A DNA stretch of 64,000 nt from Candidatus Latescibacterota bacterium (GTDB lineage: Bacteria; Latescibacterota; UBA2968; UBA8231), in assembly GCA_965200315.1 (NCBI GenBank), contig OZ241362.1, positions 4,096,001 through 4,160,000 on the forward strand, given 5' to 3'. Shown here piece after piece: positions 1 to 9,134 of the stretch. The translations under genes were made by a program, and so were the position numbers. The notes below the pieces were generated by a model. It had not been told where the DNA came from. It made no database searches and saw only the letters and a list, made by a program, of their open reading frames with translations. How positions within the stretch are numbered: position 1 is the first letter of the stretch; each line of letters starts with the position of its first letter.

Positions 1-1
1 A

Positions 2-532
2 GTCGATGACCAGCTACGCACGGCTGAGCCGTCGATTTTCGCCATTGGCGACCTCATAGGTGCGGCCCTCGCCCACACGGCCGCTCATCAAGGAAGCCTA
101 GCCGCCGAAGTCGCAGCTGGCCACGAAAAACAGGTCTTCGCGCCCCACGCCATCCCAAACGTCGTCTATACCGACCCGGAAATCGCTTGGTGCGGACTCA
201 CCGAGGAAGAGGCCAAACAGCAGGGCCGCTCGGTCGCGGTCACGCGCTTTCCTTGGTCGGCTTCCGGCCGCGCCGCGACCCAAGGCGCAAATGACGGCCT
301 CACCAAGCTGCTCATCGATCCCCAGACCGACCGAATCCTAGGCGTGGGCATTGCCGGCAGCGGCGCAGGTGAACTGATCGCCGAGGGCGTCCTAGCCGTG
401 GAAATGGCCGCGCTCGCAGCGGATGTCCAGCATTCGATCCACCCCCATCCCACGCTCTCCGAGACCCTCATGGAAGCGGCCGAAAGCCACTACGGCCAGA
501 GCGCACACCTCTACGCGCCCAAACGCCGCTGA
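2..532 (+). CDS. lpdA: Dihydrolipoamide dehydrogenase, C-terminal part (5' end outside window)
   Basis: Open frame from base 2: VDDQLRTAEPSIFAIGD...LAHTAAHQG, YTDPEIAWCGLTEEEA, IHPHPTLSE catalytic His-Glu motif. Confidence 0.92.
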   Translation, partial: VDDQLRTAEPSIFAIGDLIGAALAHTAAHQGSLAAEVAAGHEKQVFAPHAIPNVVYTDPEIAWCGLTEEEAKQQGRSVAVTRFPWSASGRAATQGANDGLTKLLIDPQTDRILGVGIAGSGAGELIAEGVLAVEMAALAADVQHSIHPHPTLSETLMEAAESHYGQSAHLYAPKRR

Positions 533-1224
533 AGCACGACCTCCAGAGCCCTAAGATGCGCCTCCGCTCGCACCGCTAGTGGCCATTCGCTGGGCGTCTC
601 GCTGATCAGCGCATGTTCGGTGTGGTGTGCATACAAGTAGGGCGCCAACCCGGCTTCGCCCCATTCTGGGTCGATGAGGAAGACGCCTTCAGAAAGCACT
701 TTGTCGTTTTCGCCGGCCTCGCCGTCAATGGGCATCACCGCGCGCACTTGCTCGACAATGGCTGGCCCGAGCCACTGTTCGTCGCGTTTGGCCTCATAGC
801 AGTAAAACCCCGCCGCTTCCCAGTCCTCGTGCAAGTCCAACGCGCAATCAAAGCGCCGACCGCTTAGAAACGCCTTGACCTGCGCCACGAGCGGGACCGC
901 AGCACCGCCAAACTCCCGATTGCAATCCAAGCCGGATTCGTTCTCGCGGGTATTGTGGACATAGCCGTGCGGATTGAGACAGGGCAAGATCAGGAACTGA
1001 CAACGCTGGGCGAGGCGTAGACTCAGCCCCTCGGCAAAGCGCAGCGCAGCTTCTGGCCCAGCCGGCTCGTCCCCGTGCAACCCGGCCGTCAGCAGGATTC
1101 GCGCCTCAGTACCGCTCCCTAGCTCTAGGGCGTAAATTGGATACCCACCGCGTTCAGCCACTAGCTGTGCTGGCCCCACCGCCTGCAGGCGGTGCAACAA
1201 ACTCGTATAATCGCGTTTCTTCAT
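511..1224 (-). CDS. M14-family zinc carboxypeptidase / succinylglutamate desuccinylase-like protein
   Basis: AGLHGDEPAG, NPHG...TREN...DCNREF, DLHED Zn ligands; start placed at MKKRDY (1224). Confidence 0.85.
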   Translation of the reverse strand: MKKRDYTSLLHRLQAVGPAQLVAERGGYPIYALELGSGTEARILLTAGLHGDEPAGPEAALRFAEGLSLRLAQRCQFLILPCLNPHGYVHNTRENESGLDCNREFGGAAVPLVAQVKAFLSGRRFDCALDLHEDWEAAGFYCYEAKRDEQWLGPAIVEQVRAVMPIDGEAGENDKVLSEGVFLIDPEWGEAGLAPYLYAHHTEHALISETPSEWPLAVRAEAHLRALEVVLQRRLGA

Positions 1225-1353
1225 TTTACATGGCCCTCCTTGGCCCTGTTCGATTTTCCACTTGGCCCCCTGCGATACTATTGTATTTTTAAAGGAAGGA
1301 TGCGTGGCTAACGCGCTCGAATAACTACCCACCTCAAACCTTACATAAGACTA

Positions 1354-3507
1354 ATGACTGACAAAGCCAAATGGGCTTGGACAACACTATTCTTGAGCCT
1401 ACTGGTCCTACTGCCAGCAGTCTATTTCTATTTTTCGGAATCCCCCGCACCTTCCCCCGAGGCCCCCGTACCTCCCCCCAAGGCCCCCACGCCCGAGCCG
1501 CCTAGCCCAATTGGCGTACTAATCGCCGAGGACCGCTGCGACCTAGCCTATCCCCAACTCACTGCGCCAGACACGAGCCAACATCACGAGCTGGCCGACC
1601 AAGCGCACCTCGAGTTCCAGCGGGCGTTTTGCGAGCGCATGCTCAAAAAGCCAACTCGCGCCTATAATCGCTTGCGCGAGCTCGACCTACCGGCCTTAGA
1701 CGACTACCGCCGCTTCTGGATAGCCCGCTCCTTAGAGGACATGGGCCAGACGAACGACGCCATCGCCGAGTACGAAAACTTTCTGGCAACCCCGGCCAAT
1801 CCGATCCTCCTCAACCCAGCCCGCCTGCGCTTGGCCTCCCTCTACCGGACCACCGGCCAACCGGCCAAAGCCCTTGCCCTGTACAAGGAGCAACTCTCGA
1901 AGGGCACTGATCCTGCGCGGGTCCTCTACTTGCTCGCAACCACCAGCCAAAAGCACGATCCTGCGCGGGCGCAAAAGTGGCGTTTAGAGCTTTTGGAAAA
2001 TCACCCTAGTTCTAAGCACGCCCGCAATAGCCTGTCGCACTTGCCCAAGAAGCTCGACGCCCGCACGGCTTATGCCAAGGCCCGCATCTATTACAGCCAC
2101 AAGCGGTACAACCAAGCGATCAAGAGCTTTCGGAACTTCATCCGCGAACACAGCGGCGACCAGCGCATTGCCCAAGCTCACTACCTACTCGGCCGGGCCT
2201 ACCAGTCTGCGGGGCACTACACCAAGGCCGATCAGGTTTTTCGCACCGCTCACGAGCGCTACGGCAGCCCAGCGGCCCTGTATCACATCGCTAGTCTCTC
2301 GGTCCGCAGAAACCGCGAAGACAAGGCCATTGCAGCCTATGCGAGCTTTGCCAAGCGCTACCCCCAGCACGACTTGGCCGACGATGCCCTGTGGCAAGCC
2401 GCCAAAGCCGCCGAGCGCAAAAGCAAATTCGCCCGCGCCGCAACGCTCTATGGCCGCCTAGCTGAGAACTACCCGCAAACCGATTACGGCGATGAAGCGC
2501 GTTGGAGCGTCGGCTTTGCGCTCTACTGCCAAGAGCAATACTCAGAAGCCCTCGCCGCTTTTGAGCGCGCCAGTCAGCAAGCGCACCAGCCCCACATCAT
2601 CGACCAATCCCTGTACTGGGCTGGAAAAATCGCAGATCGGCTGGGCCAGACAAAAGAGGCCACCGCGTTCTACCGCCGCGCTGCCGCCGGATTTCCCCGC
2701 TCTTACTACTCAACCCGCGCCGTCGAATTGGGCCATAAAGAACAGGTTAAGCTCAAAGGACGATCCGCCGACAGCCTCCGCCAAGAAGTCCCCCTGCTGA
2801 CGCACAGGGCACACCTCGAGCGCGCTGGTTTGCTGAACCAATTGGGACTGAGGGACTGGTCGATAGCCGAGATGAAGCAAGCCGTCCGCGACTACAAGGG
2901 CCACAAGACGGCGCTAAAGGCCATCCGCGACTACTACGAGGCCCTCGGCTATCGCGACCAAGCCATGCGGCTGTCGATGCGGCTGTTCGACGGGCAAGAC
3001 CCGGGGGAATTGTCGCGCATCTACCCGACCTACTACTGGGAGGAGATTGCGGCAGCCGCGGCCGAGGCCCAAATCGACCCCTATCTGGTCCTATCGGTAA
3101 TTCGCCAAGAGAGCACGTTTAACGAAAAAGCGGTATCGCGGGCGGGTGCTAGAGGCCTGATGCAAATCATGCCCCACACCGGCCTCAATCTCGCACGGAG
3201 GTTGAAGGTGAAACCCTTTGAGTTGGACGCACTCTTCGACCCGGCCGTCTCCATCCGCTTCGGCAGTTACTTTCTCAGCAACCAAATGCGCCAATTCACG
3301 ACCGATGCGGGCGCGGACTTGGGCTTTGAACTGAGCTTGGCCGCGTACAACGCCGGTCCGCACAACGCCCGCCGATGGCTCAAGACCTTTCCCTTCGAGG
3401 ACCCGGACGCCTTCGTCGAGCGCATCCCCTTCAAGGAGACCCGCCTCTACGTCAAGCTAGTCCTCAGAAACTACGCCATTTACAAGGCCCTATCCGATGA
3501 CGCCTGA
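1354..3507 (+). CDS. Soluble lytic murein transglycosylase with TPR repeats and N-terminal membrane anchor
   Basis: N-terminal TM, Pro-rich linker, TPR helices, SLT motifs RQES, GLMQ, AYNAG, IPFKETRLYV. Confidence 0.93.
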   Translation: MTDKAKWAWTTLFLSLLVLLPAVYFYFSESPAPSPEAPVPPPKAPTPEPPSPIGVLIAEDRCDLAYPQLTAPDTSQHHELADQAHLEFQRAFCERMLKKPTRAYNRLRELDLPALDDYRRFWIARSLEDMGQTNDAIAEYENFLATPANPILLNPARLRLASLYRTTGQPAKALALYKEQLSKGTDPARVLYLLATTSQKHDPARAQKWRLELLENHPSSKHARNSLSHLPKKLDARTAYAKARIYYSHKRYNQAIKSFRNFIREHSGDQRIAQAHYLLGRAYQSAGHYTKADQVFRTAHERYGSPAALYHIASLSVRRNREDKAIAAYASFAKRYPQHDLADDALWQAAKAAERKSKFARAATLYGRLAENYPQTDYGDEARWSVGFALYCQEQYSEALAAFERASQQAHQPHIIDQSLYWAGKIADRLGQTKEATAFYRRAAAGFPRSYYSTRAVELGHKEQVKLKGRSADSLRQEVPLLTHRAHLERAGLLNQLGLRDWSIAEMKQAVRDYKGHKTALKAIRDYYEALGYRDQAMRLSMRLFDGQDPGELSRIYPTYYWEEIAAAAAEAQIDPYLVLSVIRQESTFNEKAVSRAGARGLMQIMPHTGLNLARRLKVKPFELDALFDPAVSIRFGSYFLSNQMRQFTTDAGADLGFELSLAAYNAGPHNARRWLKTFPFEDPDAFVERIPFKETRLYVKLVLRNYAIYKALSDDA

Positions 3508-3775
3508 ACCAGAAGAGCCACGGGAAAAAAGGCACAAGCTAATCGAAGATATTTTCATCTTGCTCTGCATCGTCAGCCTCTGGCCCGTGGTGCTAGGTTG
3601 GACCGAGCCGATTTATCAGTATTTGCTCTATGTAGCACTGGCGGGTCTGATCTTCATTTTCGTGCGGCGCATCCGCCGCTTCCACGACGCTCGCAACGCC
3701 CTCCGCGATGACGAGACCGGCCCTCAGATAGGCCCCGCTCCCAAGCACACCGATACTGATCATTCGCCAAATTGA
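3497..3775 (+). CDS. Small two-TM hypothetical protein
   Basis: Overlaps the slt stop; two hydrophobic helices. Confidence 0.7.
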   Translation: MTPEPEEPREKRHKLIEDIFILLCIVSLWPVVLGWTEPIYQYLLYVALAGLIFIFVRRIRRFHDARNALRDDETGPQIGPAPKHTDTDHSPN

Positions 3776-3867
3776 GCTTGGGACGACCTCTCGCTAGAAA
3801 ACAGCAGAGGCGACACGCTTGCTGGGGTAAAAAGACAGATTGATGCTTTCGACCTCACATCGCTGAT

Positions 3868-3937
3868 GGGCACATGAACGGAAACGACCTTCCCAATGAT
3901 GCCCATGTCGTCCGCCATTCATCCGGCGATAATTGAT
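3868..3937 (-). mobile_element. Short relic of a REP-associated / IS200-like Y1 tyrosine transposase
   Basis: Intergenic translation NYRRMNGGRHGHHWEGRFRSC resembles the RAYT motif YFNRxxGRxGHLWxGRFxS. Confidence 0.45.
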
Positions 3938-3954
3938 GACTAGACACAAGAATT

Positions 3955-4854
3955 TCACCGCCTTCTGCCCAGCCGCTCCAACGCCAAGACCAGCACAACG
4001 CCCGCCGCAATCAGCCCCAAGCTCAGCCAAGCCTCGCCGTTGAATTCCTGCGGCCACGCGCATTCGTAGCGCCCATCCTCCAGCGCGTTGCGGAACGGCC
4101 ACACCTTGCGCAGGGAACCCAACATCAACCCCACCAAAAAGGCCATGGTGCCGGCGCGAAAGCGGGTCAGCAGGTGCTTGAGCAGCCGCGAGAAGCCCAG
4201 CAGACCAATGACCGCTCCAACGCCGAAGAGGGCCAAGATCGCCCAATCGAACTCGTGTACCGCGGTCAAGACCTGCTGGTATTTGCCCATGACCACTAAC
4301 AGGAACGAGCCGCTAATTCCCGGCAGGATCATCGCGCAGATGGCCACCATGCCGGCCAGCGCGAACTTGTAGCCCTCAACCCCGGTCTCTACCGGCACCA
4401 ACGTGGTGACGGCATAACCAACCACTGCGCCGAGAGCTGTCAGCCCCCACTGCGCCGTCTCCCATCCGGCGACCTGCCGAGCAATCACGAGCGCACTGGC
4501 CAAGATCAACCCGGTGAAAAAGCCCCACACGGGCTGGGGGTGCGTTGCCAGCAGCCAAGTTATGAACTTGGCCAGCGAGGCAATAGCCAAGCCCACGCCG
4601 CACAACAGCGGCACCAGAAAGGGAGCATTGACGCGGTGCAGTACCTCGATCCAGTGCCCCCGCACCAAGGCACTCACGACCCGTCGATCAATCGCGGCAA
4701 TAGTCCCGACCAGCTCGTCGTAAATGCCCGTGACCAAGGCGATGGTCCCCCCAGAAACCCCGGGAATCACATCGGCCGCGCCCATGCACAGCCCGCGCAA
4801 GACCAGCTTAGGGGCGCGGCGGCCTTCGGCCAGCAACTCACTTGCTTTCACCAA
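3955..4854 (-). CDS. DUF368 membrane protein (undecaprenyl-phosphate translocase family)
   Basis: GLCMGAADVIPGVSGGTIALVTGIYDEL and AMILPGISGS repeats. Confidence 0.92.
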   Translation of the reverse strand: MVKASELLAEGRRAPKLVLRGLCMGAADVIPGVSGGTIALVTGIYDELVGTIAAIDRRVVSALVRGHWIEVLHRVNAPFLVPLLCGVGLAIASLAKFITWLLATHPQPVWGFFTGLILASALVIARQVAGWETAQWGLTALGAVVGYAVTTLVPVETGVEGYKFALAGMVAICAMILPGISGSFLLVVMGKYQQVLTAVHEFDWAILALFGVGAVIGLLGFSRLLKHLLTRFRAGTMAFLVGLMLGSLRKVWPFRNALEDGRYECAWPQEFNGEAWLSLGLIAAGVVLVLALERLGRRR

Positions 4855-5965
4855 ACAGCTCCATCTGCTGAGTGTGCTCGCGCATGAACTCCACGATTAG
4901 GCGATCGGCCCGCGGCAAGGCGAAGTCGTCCAAAGCCTCCGGCCTAATCCAGCGCCAAGCAGCGCAACCCAGCGCCTCGGGGGTGCCGCACACATAGCGG
5001 GCGGCAAACGCGTGTAAGGTGATACTAAAATGCGAATAGGCGTGATCCACGCTCGTCAGACGCGCACCCACCTCGATCTCAACGCCCAATTCCTCGCGGA
5101 TCTCGCGCACCAAGCATTCGGGCAGGGATTCGCCGGGCTCCTGCTTGCCCCCGGGAAACTCCCACAGGCCACCGAGCATCCCCTCGGCCGGTCGCTGGGC
5201 AATTAACAACTCGTCGCCTTTGCGAATCAGGCCAGCCGCCACGTGATAATGCGGCCTCTGTTTCCTAGGGGCCTTACGCGGCAGGGAGGCTGGATCGTCC
5301 AGCTCGGCCTTGGCCCGGCACCAGTCGCCGACCGGACACGTCGGGCAAGGAGGGCTTTGCGGCGTGCAGACCCGCGACCCTAACTCCATCATCGCCTGAT
5401 TGAAGTCGCCGGCCTCACCCCGGGCCAGCAGGCTCTCTCCAGCGGCGATGAGCTGCGCCTTGACTCGGGCGCGGGCCGGCTCTTCCTCAATCAGCAACAA
5501 GCGACACAACACGCGGGTCACATTGCCGTCGAGCACCGGGTGATCGCGGTCAAAGGCAATGCTGCTGACGGCCGCGGCCGTGTATTGGCCAACCCCAGGC
5601 AGCTTGATCAGCTCTTGGTACGTATCCGGTATGCGGCCTCCCAAATCAAAGGCCATGCGCTTGGCCGCCTTGTGCATGTTGCGCGCCCGCGCATAGTAGC
5701 CCAAGCCCTCCCAGACCTTGAGCACTTGATCCTCGGAAGCAGCGGCCAGCGCTTGAAGCGTGGGAAATGCGCGGATAAAACGCTCGAAATAAGGGGCCAT
5801 CTGATCCACCCGGGTCTGTTGCAACATGACCTCGGATATCCAGACGTGATAGGGATTGCCGCTGTCGCGCCAACTCGTCTGCCGCTTGTTCTGGCGATAC
5901 CAAGCCAAGAGCCGAGCGCGGAAGGTGCTGAGCGCGTCCTGATCATCGAGCAAGCTGCGGCTCAA
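4838..5965 (-). CDS. mutY: A/G-specific adenine glycosylase MutY with C-terminal Nudix (MutT-like) domain
   Basis: WISEVMLQQT, HhH LPGVGQYTA, DGNVTRV, 4Fe-4S CTPQSPPCPTCPVGDWC, Nudix box; TTG start overlaps the upstream TGA. Confidence 0.95.
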   Translation of the reverse strand: MSRSLLDDQDALSTFRARLLAWYRQNKRQTSWRDSGNPYHVWISEVMLQQTRVDQMAPYFERFIRAFPTLQALAAASEDQVLKVWEGLGYYARARNMHKAAKRMAFDLGGRIPDTYQELIKLPGVGQYTAAAVSSIAFDRDHPVLDGNVTRVLCRLLLIEEEPARARVKAQLIAAGESLLARGEAGDFNQAMMELGSRVCTPQSPPCPTCPVGDWCRAKAELDDPASLPRKAPRKQRPHYHVAAGLIRKGDELLIAQRPAEGMLGGLWEFPGGKQEPGESLPECLVREIREELGVEIEVGARLTSVDHAYSHFSITLHAFAARYVCGTPEALGCAAWRWIRPEALDDFALPRADRLIVEFMREHTQQMELFGESK

Positions 5966-6933
5966 CCGTCCCCCTCTTCCAGCCAGCCAGTTTGCGGCAT
6001 GGCCTTGATCTCCCCGACGGTCTCGGCGGCCAAGAGGGCATTGACGACCGCAGCCTCGGCGGCCGCAGCTCCAGCGGCAAAGAGCGAATAGAGCTTTTCT
6101 GCGCCCACCATCCTCACCGATGCGGCCGCCTGTTGGGCCAAGCCCGTGGTGGAAAAGGCGAGGACGAGGCCCTCGCGCGTGTATGGGTTCCACAAGCCCG
6201 TCCGCGCCAACCCCAGCGCGGCGCGACCAGCCAACCTCTCTAGCTGACGCGGGATCAGGGGCGCGTCCGTAGCCACAACCGCGGCAAAGGTCTGCGGCCC
6301 CTCAGTCCGCTCGCCCACTGGCAGGACCCGTCCAGCCCAACGCAACTCGCGCCCTCCATTGACCGCAGCCAGCACGCCCAGCGCGTATTCGCCAACCTGG
6401 CGCGAGGCCGTACCGATGCCGCCCTTGTAGCCAAAGGCCTGCAACCCGCCGCCGACTCCGGCATTACCCGTGGGGACCGCGCTGCCAGCACTGACCAACG
6501 CCTCGTCTGTGTGGGCGTGTGTCAGGACCTTGCGGACGAGCGCGGGGTCGTTGACAGCCGCGTCGTCGATCCCCACCACCACCGGCGGCCAGCCGGCTAC
6601 GGTCGATAGCCCGGGGTCGCGGCCCAAGCTGTGGCGAATTAGGGATTCGTACACCCGGCCGACAACCGGCGTCGGGGCAAGGACAATGGGCGAGGAAAAG
6701 GTGCCGAAGTCTTCGGCGACCCCAAGGCCGCTCATGGCGTCGCCGCCGTCTATGGAGAAGCGACCGATAAACAGCTTGCGCTCTTCTACCGAGGCTGGAT
6801 ACGGAACGATAGCCGTGAGGCCGGTGTGCAGATCGGGCGTACGGATATCCGCGTGGCCCACGCTGACGCCGACCACATCGACAATAGCGTTGTGCGGCCC
6901 GGCCGCATCGCCTGCTGGGCGCGAGCGATTCAT
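5962..6933 (-). CDS. P1/S58 (DmpA-like) peptidase paralog with divergent active site
   Basis: GPHNAIVDVVGVSVGH, GYKGGIGTASR, ATDAPL; ATGA-coupled to the upstream paralog. Confidence 0.85.
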   Translation of the reverse strand: MNRSRPAGDAAGPHNAIVDVVGVSVGHADIRTPDLHTGLTAIVPYPASVEERKLFIGRFSIDGGDAMSGLGVAEDFGTFSSPIVLAPTPVVGRVYESLIRHSLGRDPGLSTVAGWPPVVVGIDDAAVNDPALVRKVLTHAHTDEALVSAGSAVPTGNAGVGGGLQAFGYKGGIGTASRQVGEYALGVLAAVNGGRELRWAGRVLPVGERTEGPQTFAAVVATDAPLIPRQLERLAGRAALGLARTGLWNPYTREGLVLAFSTTGLAQQAAASVRMVGAEKLYSLFAAGAAAAEAAVVNALLAAETVGEIKAMPQTGWLEEGDG

Positions 6934-8090
6934 TTGAGCCGGCCGTGGGCGCGCATGATTTCGAGCAAGCGGTCCAGCGGCAGGGCGTGGATGGTATTGC
7001 CGGCGCGGCCAGTCATGGTATAGGCCGTAGTCAGCGCGTTGAGAATGGCTTCCTCCGTGGCCTCGACCACCCCTTGGAACAGGCCCGAAATCCAGCGGTC
7101 GGCCAGCATGGCCAGCGCGTCCGGCGGCTCGGGGGAGGCCGTAGAAAAGGCCAGTACCAAGTCGCCGCTGCCGTGCGTGGAGATTGCGCCCGTGCGCGCC
7201 ATGCCCAAAGCCACCCGCTTGCACACGCGCTGGAGCTGGATTGGGATCAGCGGCGCGTCCGTGGCCACCGCCGCGAGCATGGACTTGCTCTTGCCGCCGC
7301 GCACAGGCATCAGGTCGGTGAGCTCCCGGCCCACCGGGACGCCGTCGACGCGCAGTTGGGGCCGTCGGCCAAAATTCGCCTGCACCAGTACGCCCACCGT
7401 GTAGAGCTGATCACCGCTGGGGATTTTGCGCGATGCCGTGCCAATGCCGGCCTTAAAGCTATAGGCCCGCATCCCGGTGCCGCCGCCGACGCAGCCTTCG
7501 GCCACCGGCCCGCTGTGCGCCGCGTCGAGGGCCGCTGCCGCGTGTGCGGGCTGCACGTGTCGCCCAGCCTCGTCGTGGAGGAACGCAGCCCACGTCTCGC
7601 CGACTAGGGGCGCGGGCTGCAAATCGCTTCTGAACAGGTCGGGATCGCGCGCCAGCATCCACTCCACGGCCCCATCGTACACCGCGCCGACGCTGGACGT
7701 GTTGGTAAACAGGACGGGGCCAGCCAACAGGCCCGTGCGGCGCATAGAGCCTACCCCCATCAGCTCGCCGTTGCCGTTGAGCGTAAAGTCGGCGGCAAAT
7801 GCGGGTGTGCGCGGCACAATCGCCGTCACGCCGGTGCGCACGACTCGACTGCGCTCGCCGAAGTCCGGCCCCCCATCCTCAATCAGCGTCAGATGGCCGA
7901 CCCGGACGCCCTCGACATCGGTGATGGCGTTGTGGGGGCCGGTCGCCAACTCGCCAATGACAATGCCCAACTCGCGCAGGCGCACCCGCTCCGGCTGCGC
8001 GGGCGCGGCCCGGCCCAATGCCGGCCACGCAGCCGCACCTAGGCTCAAGCCGAGAAAGGCCCGGCGATCCATGTCAGAGTGCTTGGACAA
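6930..8090 (-). CDS. Tat-exported P1/S58 (DmpA-like) aminopeptidase
   Basis: DRRAFLG twin-arginine signal; GPHNAITDVEGV, NGNGE, GGGTGM, KAGIGTASR, QANFG, HGSGD. Confidence 0.92.
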   Translation of the reverse strand: MSKHSDMDRRAFLGLSLGAAAWPALGRAAPAQPERVRLRELGIVIGELATGPHNAITDVEGVRVGHLTLIEDGGPDFGERSRVVRTGVTAIVPRTPAFAADFTLNGNGELMGVGSMRRTGLLAGPVLFTNTSSVGAVYDGAVEWMLARDPDLFRSDLQPAPLVGETWAAFLHDEAGRHVQPAHAAAALDAAHSGPVAEGCVGGGTGMRAYSFKAGIGTASRKIPSGDQLYTVGVLVQANFGRRPQLRVDGVPVGRELTDLMPVRGGKSKSMLAAVATDAPLIPIQLQRVCKRVALGMARTGAISTHGSGDLVLAFSTASPEPPDALAMLADRWISGLFQGVVEATEEAILNALTTAYTMTGRAGNTIHALPLDRLLEIMRAHGRLK

Positions 8091-9132
8091 TCCGCTCCCC
8101 TAGCTCGCGGCAACTCAACCCACCCCCTAAATCGGGCGTCCCCACGCCCGGCTCGCCGATTACAGCACGCACCGCTTCCTCGATTCGGTCCGCCCCGCTT
8201 GTGGCCTCCAAGTCGCCGCGCCGCTGGCCCAACCAACGCAGCATCAAGGCCGCCGACAAGATCATTGCCACCGGATTGGCCTTTCCCTGCCCGGCAATGT
8301 CGGGCGCAGTACCGTGCGAGGGTTGGAAAACAGCCGCCTCCTCGCCGAGGTCCCCCGAAGGGGCCAGCCCCAAACCGCCGACCAAGCCGGCGGCCAAGTC
8401 CGAGATAATGTCTCCGTACATATTCTCGGTGACCAGCACATCGTATCCTGTCGGTTGCTGCACCAAGTACATGCTCAGGGCGTCGATATACGCGTAGTCG
8501 CGCTCGACCTCTGGGTAGTCGGCGGCCACCTCGTCGTACACGCGGCGAAAAAAGGCCATCGAGCGGAAGACGTTGGCCTTGTCAACGCACGTTACCTTCA
8601 TCGGCGTCCGACCGCGCTGCCGCGCCAGCTCAAAGGCGTAGCGCACCACGCGCTCCGTGCCCGTGCGCGTAATGACCATAGAGTCCACGGCCACTTCGCC
8701 GCGCAACTGAATGCCGCCGTTCATGGAGGCAAAAAGCCCCTCGACGTTCTCGCGCAAGATGACGAAGTCAATATCGCCCGCCTCTAAGCCTTTGAGCGGG
8801 GTATGCGCGGCCGCATAGAGGTAGATCGGCCGCACCCCTGCGTATAGGTCCAGTTGGAACCGCAAGTCCACTTGTGGCCGCATCTCCGTCCCGTCCGGCC
8901 AGCGGACGTGCGGCAACCCCATCGCTCCCAACAGCACCGCATCCGCTTGGCGACACCCTTCCACCGTCGCCTCCGGCAGCGGATCCCCTTGCTCCAAGTA
9001 GCACCCCGCGCCACAGGGGTACTCGGCGAAGGCAAGGCAAGGAGCCTCCAATGCCTTGAGCACCTTCAGGGCCTCGTCCATGACCTCCGGTCCGATGCCG
9101 TCGCCTTTGAGGACGGCGATGTCGTAGGCCAT
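8074..9132 (-). CDS. Isopropylmalate/tartrate/isocitrate dehydrogenase family protein
   Basis: GDGIGPEV, RENVEG, VDKANV, NMYGDIISD, HGTAPDIAG; start MAYDIAV. Confidence 0.93.
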   Translation of the reverse strand: MAYDIAVLKGDGIGPEVMDEALKVLKALEAPCLAFAEYPCGAGCYLEQGDPLPEATVEGCRQADAVLLGAMGLPHVRWPDGTEMRPQVDLRFQLDLYAGVRPIYLYAAAHTPLKGLEAGDIDFVILRENVEGLFASMNGGIQLRGEVAVDSMVITRTGTERVVRYAFELARQRGRTPMKVTCVDKANVFRSMAFFRRVYDEVAADYPEVERDYAYIDALSMYLVQQPTGYDVLVTENMYGDIISDLAAGLVGGLGLAPSGDLGEEAAVFQPSHGTAPDIAGQGKANPVAMILSAALMLRWLGQRRGDLEATSGADRIEEAVRAVIGEPGVGTPDLGGGLSCRELGERIVQAL

Positions 9133-9134
9133 TT

